A stretch of 64,000 bases of DNA. It comes from Prevotella sp. (GTDB lineage Bacteria > Bacteroidota > Bacteroidia > Bacteroidales > Bacteroidaceae). Shown piece after piece: positions 19,055 to 30,533 of this stretch. A model generated the notes under the pieces. It saw only the letters and a list, made by a program, of their open reading frames with translations, did not search any database and was not told where the DNA came from. The stretch is taken from the NCBI GenBank assembly GCA_045117415.1, contig JBGUNO010000028.1, positions 5,111 to 69,110 of the forward strand. The letters run 5' to 3'. The position numbers and the translations under genes were made by a program. Within the stretch, counting starts at the first letter, position 1. The number at the start of each line of letters is the position of its first letter.

Positions 19055-19510
19055 ATGATTATGATAGACTATTTGATTGCAAACATGTGGCAGGTCTGGG
19101 CGGTAGTGTCCATCATCTGTTTGATTCTGGAGCTCTCGTCAGGTGACTTCTTCATCATCTGCTTCTCCATCGGTGCTGTCTTCGGCATCATCGCCGCAGT
19201 ACTTGGACTGGGAATCTACTGGCAGTTGCTTATCTTCTCCATCTTCTCATTGCTCAGCGTACTGTTCGTACGTCCTGTGGCACTACGCTATCTGCATAAG
19301 AATGAACCTAACAAGCCAAGTAATGCCGATGCTTTGCTGGGACGTACGGGAAAAGTGACAGAGACCATTCCTGCCGGCGGTCATGGTTATGTGCAGATCG
19401 ACGGCGATATGTGGAAAGCTGTCAGCCAAGCCGACAGTGACATATCCATTGGTACCACGGTCCGTGTCATCGGACGTGAAAGTACGATTATCACTGTGGA
19501 GATACTATAG
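19055..19510 (+). CDS. NfeD-like membrane protein (short form)
   Basis: TM helices then LLGRTGKV..GYVQIDGDMWKA OB fold; adjacent to SPFH gene. Confidence 0.88.
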   Translation: MIMIDYLIANMWQVWAVVSIICLILELSSGDFFIICFSIGAVFGIIAAVLGLGIYWQLLIFSIFSLLSVLFVRPVALRYLHKNEPNKPSNADALLGRTGKVTETIPAGGHGYVQIDGDMWKAVSQADSDISIGTTVRVIGRESTIITVEIL

Positions 19511-19565
19511 TATCTATAGTTCCTATAGTCACTACAATAATAACTATATAAAAAACTAAAGAATT

Positions 19566-20519
19566 ATGGAATTTATGACTTACGTACTTATCGCTATCGT
19601 AGTCCTGGTGATTCTCTTCGCCAAGATGGCACTTGTAATCATCCCTCAGTCGGAGACGCGCATCATCGAGCGTCTGGGTCGCTACTATGCCACCCTTAAC
19701 CCTGGTATCAACATCATCATCCCGTTCATCGACCGTGCCAAAGAGATTGTGGTCCTGAACCGTGGACGTTATGCCTACTCTAACTCCATCGACTTGCGTG
19801 AGCAAGTGTATGACTTCCCTTCACAGAACGTGATCACGAAGGATAATATCCAGATGGAGATTAATGCCCTGCTCTACTTCCAGATTGTGGATCCTTTCAA
19901 AGCTGTCTATGAGATATCGAACCTGCCCAACGCTATCGAGAAACTGACTCAGACGACGCTGCGTAATATCATTGGTGAATTGGAACTCGATGAGACACTG
20001 ACCTCTCGTGATACCATTAACACCAAACTGCGTGCCGTCCTGGACGATGCCACCGACAAGTGGGGTGTGAAGGTCAACCGTGTTGAATTGCAGGATATCG
20101 TACCTCCCTCAACAGTACTGAACGCTATGGAGAAACAGATGCAGGCAGAGCGTAACAAACGTGCACAGATTCTGACCTCCGAAGGTGAGAAGGCTGCTGA
20201 GATCCTTGCCTCTGAGGGTGAGAAGACCGCCATTATCAACCGTGCTGACGCCCAGAAGCAACAGGCTATCCTCCACGCCGAGGGTGAGGCACAGGCTCGC
20301 ATCCGCAAGGCTGAGGCTGAGGCAAAGGCTATCGAGCTGATTACCGAGGCTGTCGGCAAGAGTACGAACCCTGCCAACTACCTGCTCGCCCAGAAGTATA
20401 TCCAGATGATGCAAGAGCTGGCACAGGGCGACAAGACCAAGACGGTCTACCTCCCCTACGAGGCTACCAATCTGTTAGGAAGTATCGGTGGTATCAAGGA
20501 TTTGTTCAAGTCTGAATAA
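19566..20519 (+). CDS. SPFH/stomatin (band 7) protein
   Basis: IIERLGRY, ITKDN, TTLRNIIG, WGVKVNRVEL, QMQAER. Confidence 0.93.
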   Translation: MEFMTYVLIAIVVLVILFAKMALVIIPQSETRIIERLGRYYATLNPGINIIIPFIDRAKEIVVLNRGRYAYSNSIDLREQVYDFPSQNVITKDNIQMEINALLYFQIVDPFKAVYEISNLPNAIEKLTQTTLRNIIGELELDETLTSRDTINTKLRAVLDDATDKWGVKVNRVELQDIVPPSTVLNAMEKQMQAERNKRAQILTSEGEKAAEILASEGEKTAIINRADAQKQQAILHAEGEAQARIRKAEAEAKAIELITEAVGKSTNPANYLLAQKYIQMMQELAQGDKTKTVYLPYEATNLLGSIGGIKDLFKSE

Positions 20520-20601
20520 CTTTCTACAACTTTTGTTTGGTAATGTCAGATATTCTTCGTAACTTCGCTGACACATATTACTAATTAAAACAAATACGAT
20601 T

Positions 20602-21144
20602 ATGAAAGAACTGAAAGGAACAAAGACAGAGAAGAATCTGCAAGAGGCTTTCGCTGGTGAGTCGATGGCCCGTAACAAGTACACCTACTGGGCATCCAAG
20701 GCAAAGAAGGACGGTTATGTACAGATTGCCGCTATCTTCGAGGAGACTGCCGCAAATGAGAAGGAGCACGCTAAGATGTGGTTTAAGCTGTTAGAGGGTG
20801 GTGCCATCAAGGATACCGCTTCTAACCTGGAGGCTGCAGCGGGTGGTGAGAACTTCGAGTGGACAGATATGTATGCCCGTATGGCGAAGGAAGCCCGCGA
20901 AGAAGGCTTCGACGAGATCGCCGAGAAGTTCGAGGGCGTCGCCGCCATCGAGAAGGAGCATGAAGCCCGCTATCGCAAGTTGCTCGACAACGTGAAAAAG
21001 GAGCGCGTGTTCTCCAAGGACGGTGATGTCATCTGGCAATGTGCCAACTGCGGACATATCGTCGTCGGCAAGAAAGCTCCCGATGAGTGTCCCGTCTGCA
21101 ACCACCCACAGGCTTACTTCCAAGTAAAAGCAGAGAACTACTAA
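20602..21144 (+). CDS. rbr: Rubrerythrin
   Basis: [12 protein letters not shown], two EKEH diiron motifs, CANC..CPVC rubredoxin domain. Confidence 0.95.
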   Translation: MKELKGTKTEKNLQEAFAGESMARNKYTYWASKAKKDGYVQIAAIFEETAANEKEHAKMWFKLLEGGAIKDTASNLEAAAGGENFEWTDMYARMAKEAREEGFDEIAEKFEGVAAIEKEHEARYRKLLDNVKKERVFSKDGDVIWQCANCGHIVVGKKAPDECPVCNHPQAYFQVKAENY

Positions 21145-21150
21145 GTAACT

Positions 21151-21177
21151 AAAAGCCTCTCGAATTGAGAGGCTTTT
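21151..21177. terminator. Bidirectional rho-independent terminator
   Basis: AAAAGCCTCTC-GAATT-GAGAGGCTTTT between convergent genes. Confidence 0.88.
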
Positions 21178-21178
21178 C

Positions 21179-23362
21179 TTATTTCATTTCCTTTTTCAAG
21201 AAATCAATACACTGTCGGAACAGGTGGTTACGGGTGTTACCGCCATAGATACTATGATTCCTGTTGGTATAGACCAACTGCCGGAAGTCCTTGTCTGCCT
21301 GTACCAATGCCTCCGTATACTCTGCCGTATTACGCAGATGTACATTATCGTCGGCAGAACCGTGACAGAGCAGTAAGGTCCCGTGCAACTGACTGGCACG
21401 ACTGATCGGATTCTGGTCATAACCATTAGGATTCTCCTTGGGGGTACGCATATAACGCTCCGTATAAATACTGTCATAGAAACGCCAGGAGGTAACAGGA
21501 GCAATAGCTACACCGGCACGGAAGACGGGACGCCCCTCTGACATTGACATCAATGTATTGAAGCCTCCATAGCTCCATCCCCAGATGGCGATACGGTCCT
21601 TGTCCACATATGACTGCTTACCCAGCCATAATGCTGCCTCCACCTGGTCACGAGCCTCCAACTCACCTAAGCGAAGATAAGTAGACTTCTCAAAGTCGGC
21701 ACCACGTCCACCAGTTCCCCGTCCATCCACACAGACACAGAGAAAACCTTGTTGACAGAGATACTGTTCGAGGATAGCCCCTTGACCGTTCATCCCAATA
21801 TTCCATGCATCCTTCACTTGCTGGCTGCCAGGGCCACTATACTGATACATGATGACAGGATAACGTTTGGAGGCATCAAAATCCGCAGGCTTAATCATCC
21901 AGCCATTGAGTTTGACACCCTCGGAAGTCGTCAGTGTGAAAAGCTCACGAGATCCTAACTGTTCCTTCGCTAGTTTCTCTCGCAACTCCTTATTATCAAC
22001 GAGTGTAGCAACCACCTTCCCATTGCTGTTACAGAGTGTCACCACAGGAGGTGTGTTCAGGTTGCTCCATACATGGATGAAGGATTTATAGTCACTACTG
22101 AAGACAGCACTACTCCATCCTGCCTTGTCCGTAAGACAAACCGTCTTACCATTAGCTTGTGCCATAAAGACACGCTGGTCAGTGGCACCATACTGATGAG
22201 AGGCGTAATAGACATTTCCTGTCTGATCGTCGACACCATAGACGGCACTCACCTCATAGTCGCCTTGTTCTACCTGACGTAGTAGTTGTCCGTTAAGGTT
22301 ATAGAGATAAAGATGCATCCATCCGTCACGCTCACTGGGCAGGAGTATATATTTGTCTGTCACCATCAACTGACTCACACACTCTTCCTTGACATATTTC
22401 GAGGTCTTATCCTCTATCAGCAGCTGACTAACCGTTGACAGCGGGTTGGTCATATAGACACGCAGACAGTCCTGATGACGGTTCAACGTCAACACCAGCA
22501 CCTTGGTGGCATCATTCGTCATCTTGATACGGGGGATATAACCGTCTGCATCCACAGGAACCTGTAATTGACGAGTCTGTCTGCTGGCGATATCGAAGCT
22601 CCAAACCGTACACTTGGCATTGTCGGCACCAGCCACAGGATATTTATAAGAATAAGCACCTGGATACTCCGCAAACTCTGTATGCTCTGGACTCAACCCT
22701 TTATATAGTGGCATGGAGTACTCAGCGACAGCCTTTTCATCATAGCGTACCCAGACGATTTTCTTGCTGTCTGCAGTGAACACCATGGCTCTGTTGTTGC
22801 TAAACTCCTCCTCATTCACCCAGTCAGGAATACCATTAATCACCTCATTCTTCTTACCATCCTTCGTCACCTGACTCTCTGCATTATCGTAGAGCAGTTT
22901 GATAAGGAAGATGTTATTGTCACGAACAAAGGCTATCATCGTCCCGTCGGGAGAGAACAATGGGGTCTGCTGCGCTCCATTTGCCGACAACGGTACCATT
23001 TTACGACTCGCAATGGTATAGATATAATAATCAGCAGTAAAGGAATGACGGTAAATAGAATGACGGTTGGTCTCGATGAGTATCCGCTTGCCATCAGGAC
23101 TCATGATATAGCCACTGATACGCTCGACCTTCGTTCCTTTGGCATCGAAAAGAGTCTCAACAGCCTTTCCTGTCTTGAACGAATAGCGGACGATGGTCTT
23201 ACCATTTTCTCCCAACTGTGTGTAACTCTCACCATCAGATGCCGTGTTAACTCCAGAAATACCCTCAGGCAGATACTGTCCGTTGGTGATGGATCTTAAA
23301 TCTAAACTTCTTGCTGCCAAGGGTACAAGCATCAGCAGCAGATACACAGTGATTTTCTTCAT
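21179..23362 (-). CDS. Dipeptidyl peptidase IV (S9B)
   Basis: GWSYGG, DDNVH, NHSI catalytic triad; DWVNEEE propeller motif; signal peptide. Confidence 0.93.
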   Translation of the reverse strand: MKKITVYLLLMLVPLAARSLDLRSITNGQYLPEGISGVNTASDGESYTQLGENGKTIVRYSFKTGKAVETLFDAKGTKVERISGYIMSPDGKRILIETNRHSIYRHSFTADYYIYTIASRKMVPLSANGAQQTPLFSPDGTMIAFVRDNNIFLIKLLYDNAESQVTKDGKKNEVINGIPDWVNEEEFSNNRAMVFTADSKKIVWVRYDEKAVAEYSMPLYKGLSPEHTEFAEYPGAYSYKYPVAGADNAKCTVWSFDIASRQTRQLQVPVDADGYIPRIKMTNDATKVLVLTLNRHQDCLRVYMTNPLSTVSQLLIEDKTSKYVKEECVSQLMVTDKYILLPSERDGWMHLYLYNLNGQLLRQVEQGDYEVSAVYGVDDQTGNVYYASHQYGATDQRVFMAQANGKTVCLTDKAGWSSAVFSSDYKSFIHVWSNLNTPPVVTLCNSNGKVVATLVDNKELREKLAKEQLGSRELFTLTTSEGVKLNGWMIKPADFDASKRYPVIMYQYSGPGSQQVKDAWNIGMNGQGAILEQYLCQQGFLCVCVDGRGTGGRGADFEKSTYLRLGELEARDQVEAALWLGKQSYVDKDRIAIWGWSYGGFNTLMSMSEGRPVFRAGVAIAPVTSWRFYDSIYTERYMRTPKENPNGYDQNPISRASQLHGTLLLCHGSADDNVHLRNTAEYTEALVQADKDFRQLVYTNRNHSIYGGNTRNHLFRQCIDFLKKEMK

Positions 23363-23374
23363 GATTACAGTAGT

Positions 23375-24160
23375 TTAATAGTGGGTATTGATAAGCAACT
23401 GCTCAACACTGACATCATTATGTTGCCTCATAAAACTATCCACATACGCCACATGGCTATTATCGAAGACACGACGACCTGTCGCTTGGTTAACAACCCA
23501 TTGTATCTTTCCCATGTGACGGTTCCGCTGTTCCTGAGTCGGTTCATTTACTTTTAACGGATAGATACTGAGCAAATAGAAACTCAGGCAATCTGGGATA
23601 ATCATTGAACGAGTCATCAAGCGGCGCTGCCCTTCAGAATAGTGTTCCACATAGAAAGGATAGTCGGCACCAAGATACTTGTCCAGAGAAATACCAAGAT
23701 AATTACCACCAACAATGATGCTCTGGTCGAAAGATCCTATCTGTGAATAAACCTGAGGCATCTCCAATGACGGGATGGCCTCACGAAGATGATGGAAGGC
23801 GTCCGTCATCTCTTTATTAATATCGTCGATATTGGCATACTGTTCCTGAACATCATTAATAAGCTGTTGCAGGATGGAGTCACCAAAGAACTGTAAGAAC
23901 TTGATATTGATATCGGGCTCGTTCACCTTTCCAATACGCAACACATCCTCTATCAAGGTTCGCGTCTGCATCGGATACGACTTGTTCATCTGCAGGAGGG
24001 CAGAATAATCACCTGTTGTCAGATAGAGACTTTCTATACGATCGTACCGCTCTATAGTCACGCCATTATCGTTTGAAGTCTTCTCATTTGACTTCAAATG
24101 CCACTCACAGCCAAAACATATGAGCATCAAAATAACGAACAGAAAATAGATCTTACGCAC
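23375..24160 (-). CDS. GldB-like lipoprotein; GTG start inferred
   Basis: RKIYFLFVILMLICFGC lipobox; IERYDR and LGISLDKYLGADYPFY. Confidence 0.7.
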   Translation of the reverse strand: MRKIYFLFVILMLICFGCEWHLKSNEKTSNDNGVTIERYDRIESLYLTTGDYSALLQMNKSYPMQTRTLIEDVLRIGKVNEPDINIKFLQFFGDSILQQLINDVQEQYANIDDINKEMTDAFHHLREAIPSLEMPQVYSQIGSFDQSIIVGGNYLGISLDKYLGADYPFYVEHYSEGQRRLMTRSMIIPDCLSFYLLSIYPLKVNEPTQEQRNRHMGKIQWVVNQATGRRVFDNSHVAYVDSFMRQHNDVSVEQLLINTHY

Positions 24161-24341
24161 GTCTCTTGTGGCAAATAAATGTTTTAATTCTGTTAAATAA
24201 CGATGCAAAAGTACTAAAAAATATTTTAAAAACCAAATTTTAACCTAAAAAAGATAAAAAAAAGTGCAATATGGTGTCTTTTTCGTTTATTTGTGTGAAA
24301 TTTGCAAGTAGCATACAAGCATTCTATCAAACTAAGCATCT

Positions 24342-25580
24342 ATGAGAAAACTAATCTGTATTTCCTTGCTGTGTATATGTAGTATCACCGCATTGGCAAG
24401 CCACATCGTTTCTGTCATGGTCAGCAACCCTATCAGTTCGGAACGAAAAGACCAGCCTGTTGTCATCAGTCTCAAACCCTATGGTGAGGTGCGCTCGGCA
24501 TTAGTTACCGTCAATGGACAGGAAATCCCCTGTCAGTTGGACGATCTCGATCAGGATGAGTCCTTCGACGAATTGTGTTTTCTGGTAGACTTAAATAAAA
24601 AGGAACAAAAGAAATATACTGTCACCCTATATGAGACTGGGGAACCTCGCTCCTATCCTGCCCGTGTGTTTACGGAGATGGTACTGCGGAATACCAGTGA
24701 CAAGAAACTGACCAAGAACAACCAGAACAACTTTATTGAGTCCATCACTGTTCGTGGCGATGCCGCTGATGCCTACCATATCCAGCACCACCATGGTGTG
24801 GATTTCGAGAGTGAGCTAAACGGTATCCGTATCTATTTCGATGCCCGTCAGACACTCGACCTCTATGGGAAATACTATCAGCGATTGGAGCTCAAGGACA
24901 CCCAATTCTATACCAATGATGAGCAGAAAGCACAAGGTTATGGGGACGATGTGCTATGGGTCGGACAGACATTCGGACTGGGTGCCTTCCGTGGTTGGGA
25001 CGGACAGAAGCCCACTCATATCGAACCAGTACGAAGCAGGACACAGCGTATTATCAGCTATGGACCACTTCGCACCATTGTCGAGCTCGTCGACCGTGGC
25101 TGGCAAGCACCCACGAGCAATGTTCCACGCATCCCTCTCAACATGACCATCCGCTACACGCAATATGCCGGTCATCGTGACACGGATGTCGATGTGTTCT
25201 TCAACAAAGATGTCAGCGGCTATCGATTCTCTACAGGTGTCATCAATGTGAAAGGCTCAGAGGAGTTCTCTGATAAAAAAGGGCTGAGAGCCTGCTGGGG
25301 TGCAGACTACCCTGCCACCGATACCACTAAATGGAAACGTGAGACGGTAGGACTTGCCGTCTTGGTGCCTCAGAAGAATATCGTCAGCGAGGAACCTGCC
25401 AACAAAGACAACTATGCTTTCGTATTACAGGTCAACGACAAGCATATGGCATATAAAGTCAACTACACCTCTGCCAATGAGACCTTCGGCTATCATTCCG
25501 CAAAAGAGTGGTTTACCTACCTGAAGACATGGCGACGGGAGGTGGAGGCACCTGTCATTGTCAAGATAGACAACCAATAA
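24342..25580 (+). CDS. DUF4861-type secreted protein
   Basis: Signal peptide; PCQLDDLDQD..DEL, HHGVDFESE, DLYGK, GDDVLWVG. Confidence 0.7.
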   Translation: MRKLICISLLCICSITALASHIVSVMVSNPISSERKDQPVVISLKPYGEVRSALVTVNGQEIPCQLDDLDQDESFDELCFLVDLNKKEQKKYTVTLYETGEPRSYPARVFTEMVLRNTSDKKLTKNNQNNFIESITVRGDAADAYHIQHHHGVDFESELNGIRIYFDARQTLDLYGKYYQRLELKDTQFYTNDEQKAQGYGDDVLWVGQTFGLGAFRGWDGQKPTHIEPVRSRTQRIISYGPLRTIVELVDRGWQAPTSNVPRIPLNMTIRYTQYAGHRDTDVDVFFNKDVSGYRFSTGVINVKGSEEFSDKKGLRACWGADYPATDTTKWKRETVGLAVLVPQKNIVSEEPANKDNYAFVLQVNDKHMAYKVNYTSANETFGYHSAKEWFTYLKTWRREVEAPVIVKIDNQ

Positions 25581-25583
25581 GAT

Positions 25584-27077
25584 TTATAACCTTATTTTTT
25601 TCTTAACCCCCTTACTCTCGTTCTGCAAACGGTCGAGGGCTGTCACAACATATACATACCTTCCCTCTGCCAACATAGTGGGAATCTCATAAAAACAGTC
25701 TGTGGTGATGGCAACAATATGGGAAGGGTCATTGATATTAATATCCTCTCCGCGCTTAAAACAATATACAACATATTTTGTTGCCTCATCTCCCCATGTC
25801 TTCCACTTGGGGGCAGTCCACATCAGCACTTGTTGAGGACCCATATTGAAGACTTTCAGTTTGCGCACCTTACCAGGTGCCTTATGGTCAATATGAGGCA
25901 TCAATGGCTGGAGGGCAGGATAACGCCAATAGACATTACGAAGGGTTGTTCCATAGTTACCGATATTATCGACAGCAGCCTTCGCATACCAAAGGACAGT
26001 ACCTTGTACCCCTTTATTCTCCTGATGAAGCTGCATCTTGGCTGGCAACTGGTGACTCTTTGGATTCTGTGGATCCGCATTCTTTACAGTACGCTCCACA
26101 TCCTCACCGATAAACAAAGGACGTTCTGAGGCATGGTCATTCCACCAGCGTATCAGCTCCTTATAATCAGCCGCCTTATGTCCTATTTCCCAATATAGCT
26201 GAGGTACGTTATAGTCAACCCATCCTTTCTCGATCCACAGGAGAATATCAGCATACAGGTCATCATAGTTCTGCAAACCATTCGTCTTACTACCACGAGG
26301 GTCATTCTTCTGATTACGGTAGATGCCGAAGGGACTTATTCCGAACTTCACCCAAGGCTTCACACGATGGATTGTCTCATTCAACTGTTCGATAAGCAAG
26401 TCAACCTGATGGCGACGCCAGTCCCCCGTATTGGTATAGCCCTGGGAATTGGCGCTAAACTGCGCATAATCGGGAATAGGTACTCCTGGGACTGGATAAG
26501 GATAGAAATAGTCGTCAATATGCAGTCCGTCGACATCATAGCGTTTCAGGATATCCTCCACGATGGTACAGATATAGTCACGATTCTCTTGCAAGGCAGG
26601 ATTCAGAATCATCAGCCCATCATACTCAAAGGCACGTTCCGGATGCTGCCTACAGATATGACCAGGAGCAAGTGCATAGGCAGACTTCGTCTTAGCACGA
26701 TAGGGATTTATCCATGCATGCAATTCCATGCCGCGTTTGTGACACTGGTCTACCATCCACTGAAGCGGATCCCAGTAGGGATAGGGAGCTTTCCCCTGTA
26801 CACCTGTCAGGAAATGGCTCCATGGTTCAATATTACTTTGATAAAGGGCATCACAGGCAGGACGTACTTGGAAGATGATAGCATTCGCACCGTCTTTCTG
26901 TAACTCGTCAAGCTGATAAGTGAGCGTCTGTTGCATCTGCGCCGTTCCGATGTTCTGGAACTGTCCGTTGACACACTGTATCCATGCAGCACGGAACTCA
27001 CGCTTTGGAACCTGATAGGTCTGTGCATGCAGTCCCCCTGCCAAGCACAATAATATCCCAATAATATATTTCCTCAT
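25584..27077 (-). CDS. Glycosyl hydrolase-like 10 (DUF187/YddW family) with C-terminal FN3-like domain
   Basis: REFRAAWI, FQVRP, HAWINPYR, DGLHIDDYFYPY, PQLYW. Confidence 0.88.
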   Translation of the reverse strand: MRKYIIGILLCLAGGLHAQTYQVPKREFRAAWIQCVNGQFQNIGTAQMQQTLTYQLDELQKDGANAIIFQVRPACDALYQSNIEPWSHFLTGVQGKAPYPYWDPLQWMVDQCHKRGMELHAWINPYRAKTKSAYALAPGHICRQHPERAFEYDGLMILNPALQENRDYICTIVEDILKRYDVDGLHIDDYFYPYPVPGVPIPDYAQFSANSQGYTNTGDWRRHQVDLLIEQLNETIHRVKPWVKFGISPFGIYRNQKNDPRGSKTNGLQNYDDLYADILLWIEKGWVDYNVPQLYWEIGHKAADYKELIRWWNDHASERPLFIGEDVERTVKNADPQNPKSHQLPAKMQLHQENKGVQGTVLWYAKAAVDNIGNYGTTLRNVYWRYPALQPLMPHIDHKAPGKVRKLKVFNMGPQQVLMWTAPKWKTWGDEATKYVVYCFKRGEDININDPSHIVAITTDCFYEIPTMLAEGRYVYVVTALDRLQNESKGVKKKIRL

Positions 27078-27095
27078 AACTATAAACTTTAAACC

Positions 27096-27716
27096 CTACA
27101 CTATATACTTATATATCTCCGCCGTCCAGTCAGAGCCATTCACAGGACAGAAAGTGCGGAAACCGATCTGACTGGCACTGGCAACATTACGAGGACCATC
27201 ATCAACGAAAAGGACCTCCTGTGGAGATGTCTGTTCTTGACGCAGTACCTCACGGAATATCTCCTCAGAAGGTTTCATCATCTTCAACTGATAACTTAGA
27301 TAGCAATGATCGAAATAATCCCCAAGAGCATGTCCTTTTCCATCAAATGCAGGACTCATCGCCCATTCCATCATATACGGGTTGGTATTTGAGAGCAATA
27401 CGACCCGATAGCCCTGCTGACGCAGTCGTGTCACAGTCTCCAGATTCCGTTGAGGAACCTCCTTGGCGTATCCCTGCCAGGCATAAGCACATTGTTCTGC
27501 GGTATACTCCTTTCCCGTCAACCTTCCAAGTTCCTTACGGAAATCCTCAGCAGAAATCAGTCCATGTTCCAAATCACCAAAAATACCAGTCTGTGCATAG
27601 GGGTCAAGGTATTTCTCCACCTCGGTGACTCCTATCTCCTTAAAACGTTGGATAGCCTGCGACTGGTCTAAGGTGATAATGACACCCCCTAAGTCAAAAG
27701 CAATCGTCTTTATCAT
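27096..27716 (-). CDS. HAD-superfamily phosphatase (YihX-like)
   Basis: FDLGGV, LLSNTN, KP, FVDD. Confidence 0.9.
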   Translation of the reverse strand: MIKTIAFDLGGVIITLDQSQAIQRFKEIGVTEVEKYLDPYAQTGIFGDLEHGLISAEDFRKELGRLTGKEYTAEQCAYAWQGYAKEVPQRNLETVTRLRQQGYRVVLLSNTNPYMMEWAMSPAFDGKGHALGDYFDHCYLSYQLKMMKPSEEIFREVLRQEQTSPQEVLFVDDGPRNVASASQIGFRTFCPVNGSDWTAEIYKYIV

Positions 27717-30487
27717 ATCTCAAAATAGTTTTTCTTCTGTTTTCTTGCCTCATCGAGAGAAAGAAGCTCATGCTGTTCCTGTTCATATTTCTCCCTCAGA
27801 TGTTGATATTTCTCATCCAACTCCCGCTCTACCTTCTGCTCTTCTTTCTTATCCAGCAGGCGGGCTGCGACCAAGGCATTCTGTGAGGCATCCTTCATCC
27901 ATACCACAGGACCGCCATAGACGGGAGCTATCTTCAAGGCGACATGCAACTCACTCGTCGTGGCACCACCAATCATGATAGGGATATCCAGACCAGCCCG
28001 TTGCATCTCATGTGCCACATTCACCATCTCCTCCAGGCTAGGAGTTATCAGTCCTGAGAGTCCTATGATATCCGCCTTTACCTCAATGGCTTTGCGCACA
28101 ATCTGCTCAGCAGGGACCATCACACCCATGTCCACCACCTCATAGCCATTACAGGCAAGGACGACGGCAACGATATTCTTTCCGATATCATGGACATCTC
28201 CCTTCACCGTGGCAAGTAATACCTTTCCAGCCTTCCTGCCCTCACCCTCCTGTTGCTGTTCAATATGAGGCTGAAGAATCTCCACCGCCTGTTTCATGGT
28301 ACGGGCGGTCTTCACGACCTGCGGCAGAAACATCTTACCACTTCCGAACAAACGACCTACCTCATTCATACCCGTCATCAACGGACCTTCTATAATCTGA
28401 ACAGCTTTGGGGTATTGTTGCAGTGCTTCCTCAATATCTTGTGGCAGGTAATCCCCCACTCCCTTGATGAGTGCATGTTGCAAACGGTGGTCCACATCAG
28501 CGGAACGCCATTCCTCCTGAGGGCGGTTCTTAGCATCACCTTGCGATGATAAGTCAGGAGAACCGTCCTTCTTATTCTCTTGCTCTTCCAGTAAGCGGTT
28601 CGCCAACTCCGTCAGTGTCTCCGCAGCCCCCTTCCGACGATTCAAGATCACATCCTCTATCACCGACAATTGGTCTTGTGGGATATCATTATAGAGCACC
28701 TTCGTCGCAGGATTCACAATACCGAAATCCATCCCATGCTGGATGGCATGATAAAGGAATACGGCATGCATCGCCTCACGAATATAGTTGTTGCCGCGGA
28801 ATGAGAACGAGAGGTTACTGACACCACCGCTGACATGTGATCCAGGAAGGTGTTCTTTGATCCACCCTGTTGCCTTGATAAAGTCTGCGGCATAACTATC
28901 ATGCTCTTCCATTCCTGTTGCTACAGCCAGCACATTCGGGTCGAAGATAATATCTAACGGATTCATTCCAACACGCTGGGTAAGAATTTGATACGAACGC
29001 TCTGCTATCTCAATACGTCGCCCATAACTAGTCGCTTGTCCTTGCTCGTCGAAACACATCACCACAACGGCTGCACCATAACGCATCACATCTTTCGCAT
29101 GCTGAATGAACACCTCTTCTCCCTCTTTCAAAGAGATGGAGTTGACGATACATTTTCCCTGTATACACTTCAGACCTGCCGTGATGACATTCCAGTCGGA
29201 CGAGTCAATCATCACAGGAACAGAGGCGATATCCGGTTCTGCGGCAATCATACGAAGGAAGGTCACCATCTCCGTCTTGGCATCCAACAGTCCGTCATCC
29301 ATATTGATATCAATGACGAGGGCACCATCCGCCACCTGTTTACGGGCTATCGTAATCGCCTCCTCATATTTCTTCTCTTTGATCAGCCTGAGGAATTTTC
29401 GGCTTCCTGCTACGTTACAACGCTCGCCGACATTGACAAAACGGACCTCAGGAGTGACATCCAACAGTTCCAGACCACTCAGCCACATCGTCTGTGGCTT
29501 CGGTACAGGAACATGAGGCTTCCTGTCTTGAACCAATGGGATGTATTTCTCAATGAAACGCTCATCCGTGCCACAGCATCCACCAATGATGTTCACCAGT
29601 CCCTCGTCAACCATCCGTCCCATCTGGGGAGCCATCGACTCAGCAGTCTCATCATAGAGTCCCATAGAGTTCGGCAGTCCCGCATTCGGATAGGCACTAA
29701 TATAATAAGGTGCCTTCCTTGCCAACTGACGAAGGAACGGAATCATCTGAACGGCTCCAAAGGAGCAGTTAAGTCCCACGGAGAAAATAGGGTAGCTACT
29801 GATACTGGCGAGGAAAGCCTCCAAGGTCTGACCACTGAGGGTACGACCAGCGAGGTCACTGACGGTAACACTCAGCATAACAGGCAGTTCTGCGCCATAG
29901 CGTCGCATCACTGTCATTGCCGCATCAATGGCAACCTTCGCATTCAGTGTGTCGAAGATGGTCTCTATGAGTAAGGCATCCACCCCACCCGCTATCAGAC
30001 CGTCGACCTGTTCACTATAGGCAGCCAACAAGTCATCATAGGTCAGTTCACGTGCCGCAGGATTACTGACATCTGGCGACATCGAGCAAGTCTTGTTGGT
30101 CGGCCCTATACTACCAGCCACAAAGCGAGGCTTTTCTGATGAGGAAAACTCGTCAGCACACTGACGGGCTATGCGTGCTCCCTGATAAGCCATCTCACGG
30201 GCATATTCTTCCAGATGATAATCCGCCTGTGAGATACGTTGTGAACTAAATGTATTGGTAGAGATGATATCAGCACCTGCCCTCAGATATTTGCGATGGA
30301 TCTCCTCCACCACATCCGGACGAGTCAGACAAAGCATGTCATTATTGCCTTTCATCTGACAGGGAAAGTCGGCAAAGCGTTGTCCACGGAAATCAGATTC
30401 AGACAGATGAAAACCCTGGATCATCGTCCCCGTAGCACCGTCAAGTACCAATATCCGCTCCTTGATAATATCGTTAATACTTCTCAC
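27713..30487 (-). CDS. metH: Cobalamin-dependent methionine synthase without the C-terminal reactivation domain
   Basis: [38 protein letters not shown]. Confidence 0.95.
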   Translation of the reverse strand: MRSINDIIKERILVLDGATGTMIQGFHLSESDFRGQRFADFPCQMKGNNDMLCLTRPDVVEEIHRKYLRAGADIISTNTFSSQRISQADYHLEEYAREMAYQGARIARQCADEFSSSEKPRFVAGSIGPTNKTCSMSPDVSNPAARELTYDDLLAAYSEQVDGLIAGGVDALLIETIFDTLNAKVAIDAAMTVMRRYGAELPVMLSVTVSDLAGRTLSGQTLEAFLASISSYPIFSVGLNCSFGAVQMIPFLRQLARKAPYYISAYPNAGLPNSMGLYDETAESMAPQMGRMVDEGLVNIIGGCCGTDERFIEKYIPLVQDRKPHVPVPKPQTMWLSGLELLDVTPEVRFVNVGERCNVAGSRKFLRLIKEKKYEEAITIARKQVADGALVIDINMDDGLLDAKTEMVTFLRMIAAEPDIASVPVMIDSSDWNVITAGLKCIQGKCIVNSISLKEGEEVFIQHAKDVMRYGAAVVVMCFDEQGQATSYGRRIEIAERSYQILTQRVGMNPLDIIFDPNVLAVATGMEEHDSYAADFIKATGWIKEHLPGSHVSGGVSNLSFSFRGNNYIREAMHAVFLYHAIQHGMDFGIVNPATKVLYNDIPQDQLSVIEDVILNRRKGAAETLTELANRLLEEQENKKDGSPDLSSQGDAKNRPQEEWRSADVDHRLQHALIKGVGDYLPQDIEEALQQYPKAVQIIEGPLMTGMNEVGRLFGSGKMFLPQVVKTARTMKQAVEILQPHIEQQQEGEGRKAGKVLLATVKGDVHDIGKNIVAVVLACNGYEVVDMGVMVPAEQIVRKAIEVKADIIGLSGLITPSLEEMVNVAHEMQRAGLDIPIMIGGATTSELHVALKIAPVYGGPVVWMKDASQNALVAARLLDKKEEQKVERELDEKYQHLREKYEQEQHELLSLDEARKQKKNYFEI

Positions 30488-30533
30488 TCTTTATTCTTCC
30501 CTTTTCATCCATCATACATCAGCCACCAGCCAT

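Noticed and set aside
19505-19550. CTATAGT 9-bp-period run between the NfeD and SPFH genes
   Set aside because: Short low-complexity repeat with no further support for a function
23375-24160. GldB-like gene as evidence of gliding motility
   Set aside because: GldB homologs occur in non-motile Bacteroidales; no other gld or spr genes in the window
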